Assembly (NCBI GenBank): GCA_049687655.1
Contig: JBAVJG010000018.1
Span: forward strand, 1-45,405
DNA length: 45,405 nucleotides
Direction: 5' to 3'
From: Anaerolineales bacterium
GTDB taxonomy: Bacteria; Chloroflexota; Anaerolineae; Anaerolineales; Villigracilaceae
The position numbers and the translations under genes were made by a program. The notes beneath the pieces were generated by a model, which was given only the letters and a program-made list of their open reading frames with translations, had not been told where the DNA came from and ran no database searches. Shown here piece after piece: positions 37,655 through 45,405 of the stretch (its first letter is position 1; every line of letters begins with the position of its first letter).

Positions 37655-39106
37655 ATGAAGAAACGAAAGCCCTTTTGGCTTCTTGGCCTGGTTGGCATCG
37701 TGATTGTCATCACTGTACCGGTTGCGTATTTTTGGCCGAGAAACACTAAACCCGTGGATGATCCATGGAACAACGTGCCAACTCAAACGGTACATGTAGA
37801 CCACACAAATATCATCAATGGGCCATTTGAAAGTGGGCAGGAAGTTACCCATGCATGTCTGGAATGTCATGAAGAGGCAGCTGCGCAAGTGATAATGACC
37901 TCCCATTTCACCTGGGAAAGCGCGCCTGTCAACGTACCCTGGCGAGACGAAACGGTCACCATTGGTAAAAAGAACCAGATCAACAACTTCTGTATCGGTA
38001 CTCAGGGCAATCAGAAAAAGTGCATGACCTGTCATGTTGGCTACGGCTGGAGTGACAGCACTTTCGATTTTAACAACCCTGAGAACATAGACTGCCTGGC
38101 CTGCCATGCAGATACGGCTTCTTACGCTAAGGGCGAATACGGTTTACCGGCTGATGGCATTGACCTGGAAGCCGCTGCCCGGAGCGTGCGCGAGCCCACC
38201 CGTGACAACTGCGGCAAATGCCACTTCGATGGTGGCGGTGGTAATGGTGTAAAACACGGTGACCTCGACGAAAGCCTGTACTTCCCCACCGAAAACCTGG
38301 ACGTGCACATGGGGCGCCTCGACTTTCAGTGCACGGATTGCCATCAAACCACAGACCACCAGATTAAAGGTCGCATGGTTGCCGATAATTACACCATTAA
38401 CTCAGAAGACCAGGTGGCATGCACTGACTGTCACGATGCCGTCCAACATCAGGATGAACGCATTAATACGCATGTTGAATCCGTTGCCTGCCAAACCTGT
38501 CATATTCCCGCTATCGCGCTGGAAGATCCCACCAAAGTGACCTGGGACTGGTCCACTGCCGGTCAGGACCTGCCAGAAGACCACTTCACCTACTTGAAAA
38601 TCAAAGGCAACTTTACGTACGAAAAGGACTATCAACCAACCTACGTGTGGTTCAACGGGAATTTATCCTACCGCTACCTGCTGGGCGACAAGCTGGATCC
38701 GTCCAAGCCCACCATGATTGACCTGCCCGCAGGCGATATTAAAGACACCGCGGCCAAAATATTCCCATTCAAGATCCACGTCGCAAAGCAACCCTATGAC
38801 ACCGTCAATAACATCTTGCTCCAGCCTCGCACAGGTGGCAACGCAGTGGCTGGCGGTGGTTTCTGGGAAACTTTTGACTGGCCCTCCGCACTCGAATTGG
38901 GTGCACAGGATGCCGGCCTGGAATATAGCGGTCAATACGGTTTCATAGAAACCTGGATGTACTGGCCTACCACCCACATGGTCCAGCCGAAAGAGAATGC
39001 CCTGGGCTGCGACGATTGCCACGGCGAAGATGGCCGCATGGATTGGGAAGCCCTGGGTTATCCCGGCGACCCAATCGAATGGGGCGGCCGTTTTGACAAG
39101 CAATAA
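37655..39106 (+). CDS. Membrane-anchored octahaem c-type cytochrome, resembling the tetrathionate-reductase (Otr) family
   Basis: N-terminal hydrophobic anchor and eight CXXCH motifs (CLECH, CMTCH, CLACH, CGKCH, CTDCH, CTDCH, CQTCH, CDDCH) in 483 aa. Size, haem count and the CGKCHFDGGGGNGVKHGD block fit my recollection of the Otr-type octahaem family. This was not verified by search. Confidence 0.7.
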   Translation: MKKRKPFWLLGLVGIVIVITVPVAYFWPRNTKPVDDPWNNVPTQTVHVDHTNIINGPFESGQEVTHACLECHEEAAAQVIMTSHFTWESAPVNVPWRDETVTIGKKNQINNFCIGTQGNQKKCMTCHVGYGWSDSTFDFNNPENIDCLACHADTASYAKGEYGLPADGIDLEAAARSVREPTRDNCGKCHFDGGGGNGVKHGDLDESLYFPTENLDVHMGRLDFQCTDCHQTTDHQIKGRMVADNYTINSEDQVACTDCHDAVQHQDERINTHVESVACQTCHIPAIALEDPTKVTWDWSTAGQDLPEDHFTYLKIKGNFTYEKDYQPTYVWFNGNLSYRYLLGDKLDPSKPTMIDLPAGDIKDTAAKIFPFKIHVAKQPYDTVNNILLQPRTGGNAVAGGGFWETFDWPSALELGAQDAGLEYSGQYGFIETWMYWPTTHMVQPKENALGCDDCHGEDGRMDWEALGYPGDPIEWGGRFDKQ

Positions 39107-39130
39107 ACACATGCGAACAAGGAATACATC

Positions 39131-41923
39131 ATGATTATACGCATGATAAAGAATTCGAATTTCTTCAAATTTATTCTGGCAGGCCTTCTGATCGGTCTGA
39201 TCGCCCTGGGACTTGCCATCGTTATCCAGACCGCATCCGCGCGAGGAGCAGAAGCGCCCTCCCCGGCCGCTTCACCGTTGCATCCCGATTTTGCTCTGCT
39301 TGACGCAGATGGAGTCAATGTACTCGAAAGCGGCGCGCCCGTCTCCACCATGCAGACCTGCGGGCAGTGCCACGACACGGAATACATCGTCTCGCACTCC
39401 TTCCATGCTGATCTGGGGTTGTCTGATTATTTTACAACCAGCGAGATAGACGCCAGCAACGGCACATTTGGACGCTGGAATCCACTCACATACCGCTATC
39501 TGTCGCAATCTGGCGATAGCCTGCTCGATATGAGCACTCCTGAGTGGTTGATGCGCTACGGCGATCAGATTCCCGGGGGCGGGCCAGCTACGACCAGTCG
39601 CGAGGGCAGGCCGCTCGTGAGTCTGAGTCCGGATGCGAACAACCCGGAAACTAGTTTTCTTGATCCCCAAACGGGACAACCTCAGAGCTGGGATTGGTCC
39701 CAATCCGGCGTTATCGAAAACAACTGCTTCCTGTGCCATCTCGAATACCCGAACAACATAGCCCGTACATCCGCTATACGCGAAGGCGCGTTCGGCTGGG
39801 CCAACACCGCCACCCTGGCTGGAACTGGCATCGTTCTTGATGCCGGTGGCGGAAGCTACACCTTCACAACAGAAGCTTTCAATAAAAACGGCGAAGTAAA
39901 AGCCGCTGTGATCGCCCTGCAAGATCCGACAAATGAAAACTGCGCTCAGTGTCACGGACCAGTACATACCGATAGTGAACCATTCGTCTTCCAGACCACA
40001 ACACCTGAAAACGACACCACTGGTCAGATCATTTCAGGGCAGAGAATTTCCGAATCGGGCATGAATATCAGCAATAAAGATGAGCTGGCTCGTTCCTGGG
40101 ACATCCATGCAGAGCGCCAATTGCAGTGCGTGGATTGCCACTTTTCACTCAACAATCCGGTACACGAACAGGACGTCAGAGGCGCGGCCCCCGACCACCT
40201 GCTCTACGATCCGCGCCGTCTCGACATTGGCGAGTATCTTGAAAAGCCCAATCACAACTTTGCCCGCGGTCAAAGCGCCCAATTCACCGTAGCCCCGGAA
40301 CTCAAAGGCAGCATGCGTCGCTGTGAATCCTGTCACGATAGCGATAAGGGTCACGCCGACTGGCTGCCTTACATCGATCGTCACATGGAAGTGGTGGCTT
40401 GCGAAACCTGCCACATCCCACAGCTATATGCACCCGCGATCCAGGATTACGACTGGACAGGGGTCACTACGGACGGCCAGGCACAGATCGTCTATCGAGG
40501 CATCGAAGCCGGAAGCGTCGAAACAGCCAGCCTGGTCGACATGCCGATCACGGTCACCAATCTGGTAACCGGCTACGAACCCATCCTGCTTAAACGCACC
40601 AATGTGGATGGGGACACGCTGCTGGCTCCGTACAACCTGGTGACGACCTGGTACTGGGTGTATGACGATGCGAACGGCAACACCCGTCCGATTCGTCTCC
40701 TGGACCTGGAAACTGCGTGGCTCGAAAATGGTACGTACGCGACTGAAATTATTTCCGTATTCGATGCCAACAATGATGGCGAGCTTTCCAAAGCAGAGTT
40801 GCGCATCGACTCATCTGAAAAAGAATCCCTGATTACCGGAAGGCTGTCAGCATTGGGATTGAGTAATCCGCGCATCGAAGGCCAGATACAACCATACTCT
40901 ATCAACCACAACGTCGCGCGCAGCGAATGGGCTGTAAATGACTGTCAGTCCTGTCACAGCAACGAATCGCGCATAACGCAACCCATCAAACTGGCGGATT
41001 ATGTTCCCGCTAACGTGACACCTGAATTCGTTACCGACAGCAATGTTCCACAAACCGGTGAAATGTATACGGACGCTTCCGGTGCATTGTATTATCGGCC
41101 TGTACCAACAAATGAAAATATGTATATCTTCGGCAACAGCCGTATAGGCTGGGTGGACTGGTTTGGAGGATTATTCTTCCTGGCCGTCGTCTTGGGGATC
41201 AGTGGTCACGGAACATTGCGCTACGTTTCATCATTACGCAAGCCAAAACATGATGTAGAAACTGAAAAAGTTTACATGTACCATAAGTACGAGCGTTTCT
41301 GGCACTGGCTACAAACTGTGCTGATCGTGCTGCTCTTACTCACTGGCCTGGTCATCCACCGGCCGGATATGTTCGGTGCATTATCTTTCCGCGGAATGGT
41401 CACCATGCATAACGTCATGGCTGGTATCCTGGCGCTCAATGCTGCCCTGGCCCTGTTCTATCATGTGACGACCGGCGAAGTGAAACAATATATCCCGCGT
41501 CCGTACGGCTTCTTCAACGACGCCATCTTGCAGACCAAGTTCTACCTGAATGGCATCTTCAAGGGTGCAGAACATCCCTTCGAGAAGACAGAGCGCAAAA
41601 AGCTAAATCCGCTTCAGCAAGTGACCTACTTTGGAATCCTGAACGTGCTGCTTCCGCTGCAAGGCCTGACCGGCATCCTGATGTGGGGTGTCCAACGTTG
41701 GCCTGGGGCTACAAACATGCTCGGCGGTCTGCCTTTCCTGGCACCCTTCCACACGCTGTTGGCCTGGACGTTTGCGGCCTTCATTATCGGTCACGTCTAT
41801 CTGACGACTACCGGGCGCGAACCGCTGGAAGGCGTCAAAAGCATGGTCACCGGCTGGGAAGATGTCGAAGTGCATGCACCTGAACTAGCACCTATTGAAT
41901 CTGAAGAGAAACCGGCTAAATAA
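39131..41923 (+). CDS. Heptahaem cytochrome c fused to a C-terminal dihaem cytochrome b (Ni/Fe-hydrogenase/FdnI-type) membrane domain
   Basis: Signal peptide ending ASARG. Seven CXXCH motifs (CGQCH, CFLCH, CAQCH, CVDCH, CESCH, CETCH, CQSCH). About five helices follow, with conserved His (ERFWHW, MHNV, PFHTLL, IGHVYLT), typical of the b-type cytochrome family. Confidence 0.8.
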   Translation: MIIRMIKNSNFFKFILAGLLIGLIALGLAIVIQTASARGAEAPSPAASPLHPDFALLDADGVNVLESGAPVSTMQTCGQCHDTEYIVSHSFHADLGLSDYFTTSEIDASNGTFGRWNPLTYRYLSQSGDSLLDMSTPEWLMRYGDQIPGGGPATTSREGRPLVSLSPDANNPETSFLDPQTGQPQSWDWSQSGVIENNCFLCHLEYPNNIARTSAIREGAFGWANTATLAGTGIVLDAGGGSYTFTTEAFNKNGEVKAAVIALQDPTNENCAQCHGPVHTDSEPFVFQTTTPENDTTGQIISGQRISESGMNISNKDELARSWDIHAERQLQCVDCHFSLNNPVHEQDVRGAAPDHLLYDPRRLDIGEYLEKPNHNFARGQSAQFTVAPELKGSMRRCESCHDSDKGHADWLPYIDRHMEVVACETCHIPQLYAPAIQDYDWTGVTTDGQAQIVYRGIEAGSVETASLVDMPITVTNLVTGYEPILLKRTNVDGDTLLAPYNLVTTWYWVYDDANGNTRPIRLLDLETAWLENGTYATEIISVFDANNDGELSKAELRIDSSEKESLITGRLSALGLSNPRIEGQIQPYSINHNVARSEWAVNDCQSCHSNESRITQPIKLADYVPANVTPEFVTDSNVPQTGEMYTDASGALYYRPVPTNENMYIFGNSRIGWVDWFGGLFFLAVVLGISGHGTLRYVSSLRKPKHDVETEKVYMYHKYERFWHWLQTVLIVLLLLTGLVIHRPDMFGALSFRGMVTMHNVMAGILALNAALALFYHVTTGEVKQYIPRPYGFFNDAILQTKFYLNGIFKGAEHPFEKTERKKLNPLQQVTYFGILNVLLPLQGLTGILMWGVQRWPGATNMLGGLPFLAPFHTLLAWTFAAFIIGHVYLTTTGREPLEGVKSMVTGWEDVEVHAPELAPIESEEKPAK

Positions 41924-41970
41924 AGTAAAGAGACTGAAACATAAAGGATCACTTTAATTCAGGAGTAAAA

Positions 41971-42543
41971 ATGGCAACACATTCACCTGTAAAACAAAAG
42001 AAAGGCATCAGCCTGAGAGCCTTATTCAACCGGCCAGAAAAACCGTACTGGCATCCATACTTTGGCGGGTTGGTACTGGGCATTGTCCTGTTCATGGCCT
42101 TCTTCCTGACTGGAAACGGCCTGGGCGCTTCGGGCGCTATCAGCCGCTTTGGTGTGCTTGTCGAGGATGCTATCGCCCCCCAGCATGTAGACACCACACC
42201 TTACCTGCTCAAGATGGCTGGCGGCGAAAAGAACCCCTTGGATGATTGGATCGTACCGGTCTTCCTGGGCATGCTTGTCGGGGCCTTTGTCTCCGGTTTG
42301 CTACGCGGACGCCTCAAATTCAAGACCAATAAAGGTCCCAACATTTCGGTGCGTACCCGCTGGATGACAGCATTTATCGGTGGCACAATTTTCCTATATG
42401 GCGCGCGCCTGGCACGCGGATGTACTTCAGGTCAGGCCCTCTCCGGTGGCGCGACCCTGGCTGCCGGATCGTGGTTGGTAATGTTCGCCATCTTTGGCGG
42501 CGCTTACGGCCTGGCCTACTTTGTACGCAAACTGTGGCTATAA
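41971..42543 (+). CDS. YeeE/YedE-family sulfur-transport protein (half-size subunit A)
   Basis: Polytopic membrane protein with GLGASGA and ARGCTSGQALSGG motifs, characteristic of the Sulf_transp family. Confidence 0.8.
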   Translation: MATHSPVKQKKGISLRALFNRPEKPYWHPYFGGLVLGIVLFMAFFLTGNGLGASGAISRFGVLVEDAIAPQHVDTTPYLLKMAGGEKNPLDDWIVPVFLGMLVGAFVSGLLRGRLKFKTNKGPNISVRTRWMTAFIGGTIFLYGARLARGCTSGQALSGGATLAAGSWLVMFAIFGGAYGLAYFVRKLWL

Positions 42544-42553
42544 GGAGAATGTC

Positions 42554-43879
42554 ATGAATTTTCCTCTAGAAGCTTTTCAAACTGTTAGCGCCAGCAATCT
42601 GTGGACTTATATTATCTTCGGATTGATCGGTGTTGCCTTCGGGTTTGTGCTCGAAAGCAGCGGTTTTGGCAACTCCAAGATACTGGCAGCCCAGTTCTAT
42701 TTCAAGAATCTGACCGTCCTTAAAGTGATGTTCACTGCCATAGTTGTTGCGATGGTTTTACTCTTCGCAATGATTGGTCTCGGCCTGTTGGATTACAACG
42801 CGATCTGGGTCAACCCTACCTACCTGGCATCCGGTGTGATTGGCGGTCTGGTAATGGGCGTGGGCTTCATCATAGGCGGGTTCTGACCGGGCACTTCTGT
42901 GGCTAGTTCAGCCACTGGCAAAATTGATGGTATGTTTTTCCTGCTCGGCGGTTTCTTTGGCGCATTCCTGTTTGGTGAGACCGAAAAATATTTCGATACC
43001 TGGTATAACTACGCCGGATATTACGGCCGTGTGACCCTGGATCAGGTTTTCAATCTCCCGCTTGGTGTAGTAGTCTTGTTGGTCGTGCTGATGGCGTTGT
43101 TTATGTTCTGGGGTGGAGAACAACTGGAACGCATCTTCGGCGGTCGTGACCTGAGCAAGGAACCCAAACTGCGTATCGTAGGCGCAGGTGCTTTGTTTGT
43201 ATTGGCCGTGGGCGTCATCCTGATCGGCTCCCCCAGCCTGGATGAAAAATACACCCGAGCCTCGATCACACGTACATATGTCCAGGAAGCCCCGGAAGGC
43301 ACGACAGAGGAAGAATTACAGGCGCTGGAGCCCCTCCAGGTGAAATTAAGTCCCGACGAGGCGCTGGCAAGGCGTGAAATGCAAATCTCGCCCGCTGAAT
43401 TGTTCACCACGCTGCACGACCAGAAGCTAAAACCTGTCATGTTGGACGTCCGTCCGGAAGCGCAATACAACCTCTTCCACATTCGAGGCGCACAAAATAT
43501 CCAGGTAAGTGAACTGCCCACTTACGCGAAAGAGCTGATCGCGGAGTACGCGCCTAATCGTGTCATCGTTGTGATGAGTAATGACGAGACAAACGCCACC
43601 CAGGCTTGGAAAGTATTGGTCGCTGAAAGGGTTTCAAACGTGTATATCCTGGAAGGCGGACTGAACAACTGGATCGCATTCTTCGGCGCGGAGGATCGCA
43701 ACATCGAGGGCAAAGTGGCCAGCCCGGCAAACGATCAATTGGAATATATCTTCCCGGCTGCATTGGGCGACCGTTATGAGTGTTCAGATCCGAGCCCCAT
43801 CAAATTCGAAGAGTTGGAATTTGAACCCAAGATTCAACTGCAACTCAAACGAGACAAGAGTGGCGGTGGCTGCGGGTAA
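42554..43879 (+). CDS. YeeE/YedE-family subunit B fused to a rhodanese-like domain, with an in-frame TGA at 42884..42886 (candidate selenocysteine, or else a nonsense mutation)
   Basis: ORF-track entries 42494..42886 and 42899..43879 are in the same frame and separated only by this TGA. The read-through product reads GVIGGLVMGVGFIIGGF-U-PGTSVASSATG. The U aligns with the Cys of FIGGTIFLYGARLARG-C-TSGQ in subunit A, with the same 12-residue spacing after the IGG motif. The ATG at 42554 follows AAGGAG. Confidence 0.6.
42899..42915 (+). promoter_or_regulatory. SECIS-like hairpin downstream of the in-frame TGA
   Basis: GUGGCU-AGUUC-AGCCAC is a 17-nt stem-loop with a perfect 6-bp stem. It starts 12 nt after the UGA, and GU in the apical loop falls at positions 23-24 counted from the U of UGA. 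Confidence 0.5.
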
Positions 43880-43905
43880 GCGAGCGATATCCCTTTAAAC
43901 CATCG

Positions 43906-43935
43906 AACCCTGAAGGATGTACATCCTTCAGGGTT
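43906..43935. terminator. Terminator hairpin between convergent genes
   Basis: Perfect 30-nt palindrome aaccctgaaggatgt/acatccttcagggtt, followed by ttctcattt on the plus strand. Confidence 0.8.
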
Positions 43936-43964
43936 TTCTCATTTGCACATAATTTTCAAAGGCA

Positions 43965-44738
43965 CTATTTGTCGTACTCACTAAAGACAGATACCAAGGC
44001 AAAATATTCTTTTTCTGAAAAACCCAAACCACGCCGGAACCATTCATCGATCGTACCAAACTCCTCTTTGACCTGCGTGAGAGCAGCGTTCAGATATTCG
44101 GTGCGCGCATCCAAGAGAGGTGCATACATCTTCCAGGGAACGCCAAAATACGACAACTTGCTCAGCCGCCGGAATATTTCTTCTGTATAGGCATCCAGAC
44201 GCTCATTTGTCTTGAGATAATCTTCCATTACAGATTCAGCCGAAACGCCCAGCACAAGTTGGAGCAGGCTTGAAACAACACCTGTGCGGTCTTTGCCTGC
44301 TGAGCAGTGGATCAGCACGGGCAGGTTCTCAGGGTTTGAGATGCGCTGGAACAGGGCTTTCAACTGGGGTAAATAGCGGGTAGCATACTCACGATAGGCC
44401 TGATAAGACTCAGCCACATAATCCACCCTGCGCTCGCTGCCGAACATCAGGGAAAACAGCCGGTGCAGCGAACGTCCGTGATAGTCAATGATCGGGCGCA
44501 TGGGGATGTTGAAAAACGTAAAAGGCTTGGCAGTTGGGACTCGATCTGGCTCTTTCCTACGTTCGAGTTCTGAACGTAAATCGCAAACGGTTTTAATCCC
44601 TAAAGAAGCGATACGCTCGAGATCGGCATCTGTGGCCTTTGAAAGATCGCCGCTGCGATAGAGCAATCCTTCTTTTAGGCGTGTCCCGTTTTGTGTCCTG
44701 TAACCGCCAAAGTCACGAAAATTGTTAATAGATTGCAT
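43965..44738 (-). CDS. Protein-tyrosine phosphatase-family protein
   Basis: C-x5-R active-site loop HCSAGKDRTG. The ATG at 44738 (MQSINNFRDFGGY) is typical of this family's N-terminus. Confidence 0.8.
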   Translation of the reverse strand: MQSINNFRDFGGYRTQNGTRLKEGLLYRSGDLSKATDADLERIASLGIKTVCDLRSELERRKEPDRVPTAKPFTFFNIPMRPIIDYHGRSLHRLFSLMFGSERRVDYVAESYQAYREYATRYLPQLKALFQRISNPENLPVLIHCSAGKDRTGVVSSLLQLVLGVSAESVMEDYLKTNERLDAYTEEIFRRLSKLSYFGVPWKMYAPLLDARTEYLNAALTQVKEEFGTIDEWFRRGLGFSEKEYFALVSVFSEYDK

Positions 44739-44898
44739 GTGGTTTGTTAGCTGCCTTTTCCCTAAAATTCCAAGTACAATGCCTGCGTTGGGTCCCAACA
44801 ATATCAAACAGTGATAATGTTGTCAATTTATTCAAGTGCAACCCTTCAAGATTGTCAGTGCAGTGCCTATACAGTTCCAAAACAGGAGATCATCCCGA

Positions 44899-45405
44899 AT
44901 GTCCATCCCCGATTACATACCTACATTCAGCCTTGAAGATGCTATCCAAATCGCACAAAAACTTTACAATTTATCAACTACAGCAAAACTCTTGCCGAGT
45001 TACCAGGATCAGAACTTTATGCTGAACACTGAAAATGGGGAGCGCTATGTGCTCAAAATTGCCAATGGGGCGGAAATATGCGCCCACCTGGAAGCCCAGA
45101 ATCAAGTCATGGGACACCTGGCACAGAGAGTCGCTTTTTGCCCACAAGTGGTATCTGCGCAAAACGGAGAAGAGATCCTTGTTGTGGAATCGGCCAGCGA
45201 GGTGAAACATTTTGTACGATTGGTAACCTACTTGCCCGGCAAGCCAATGGGCTTTATCAAACGACATTCCCCGGAACTACTGGATGACATTGGCTTCAAG
45301 CTTGGGCAGCTAACATCGGCCTTGCAAGGACTCGACTATAGCGGTTTGCAACAAGATCTTCAATGGGATTTTGCCAACGGGCTTGAAATTGTAATAAACT
45401 ATGCG
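44899..45405 (+). CDS. Aminoglycoside-phosphotransferase/homoserine-kinase-II-family kinase (5-prime partial; runs off the window)
   Basis: Not in the ORF track because no stop is reached. The ATG at 44899 follows AGGAG, and the frame is open to 45405. LPSYQDQNFMLNTENGERYVLKIAN matches the N-lobe of APH-fold kinases. Confidence 0.65.
   Translation, partial: MSIPDYIPTFSLEDAIQIAQKLYNLSTTAKLLPSYQDQNFMLNTENGERYVLKIANGAEICAHLEAQNQVMGHLAQRVAFCPQVVSAQNGEEILVVESASEVKHFVRLVTYLPGKPMGFIKRHSPELLDDIGFKLGQLTSALQGLDYSGLQQDLQWDFANGLEIVINYA

Noticed and set aside
37451-38107. 218-aa minus-strand ORF inside the octahaem cytochrome gene. Similar long antisense ORFs lie at 39272..39967, 32104..33036, 28613..29389, 21296..21886, 19308..19913 and 6662..7141.
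   Set aside because: All lie fully inside confidently assigned genes on the opposite strand. Their sequences are low-complexity and Arg/Pro/Gly-rich with no recognisable motifs. They are typical shadow ORFs of moderately GC-rich coding DNA.
39104-39133. The octahaem and heptahaem cytochrome genes are in the same reading frame, raising the idea of read-through or a fusion.
   Set aside because: The separating stop is TAA, not TGA. A good RBS (AAGGAA) and an ATG with its own signal peptide follow. These are two independent genes.

Overview
45.4-kb chromosomal window. The gene content is consistent with a Chloroflexota or Anaerolineae-like bacterium, but that is inference only. In order, it holds: a nickel superoxide dismutase with its maturation protease; an EamA transporter; an FGGY kinase translationally coupled to a sphingosine-1-phosphate-lyase-like PLP enzyme; an MFS transporter; a glycogen cluster (malQ-glgC-glgA); a beta-propeller lipoprotein; two tandem AlaDH/PNT-family paralogs; a four-gene ABC importer; a solo IS66-family element next to tRNA-His and hisS; a methyltransferase, a PIG-L deacetylase and an SH3 lipoprotein; a large UvrD-type helicase with an embedded DUF559-type nuclease domain; a suf Fe-S assembly operon (sufCBD, orphan ORF, sufS, sufU, Rieske) with unusually long structured spacers, plus a divergent dihaem cytochrome c, sufR and sufT; an XRE-cupin regulator; a Tyr phosphatase; and a partial APH-family kinase. 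The strongest candidate for a new system is the compact operon at 37294..43879. It encodes an ArsR regulator, an octahaem c-type cytochrome resembling the tetrathionate-reductase family, a heptahaem cytochrome c fused to a dihaem cytochrome b membrane domain, and a split YeeE/YedE sulfur-transporter pair. The second transporter half carries a rhodanese-like domain. It is interrupted by a single in-frame TGA exactly where its paralog has the conserved Cys, and a SECIS-like hairpin follows the TGA, so it is a candidate selenoprotein. All functional calls come from motifs read by eye; no database search was possible.
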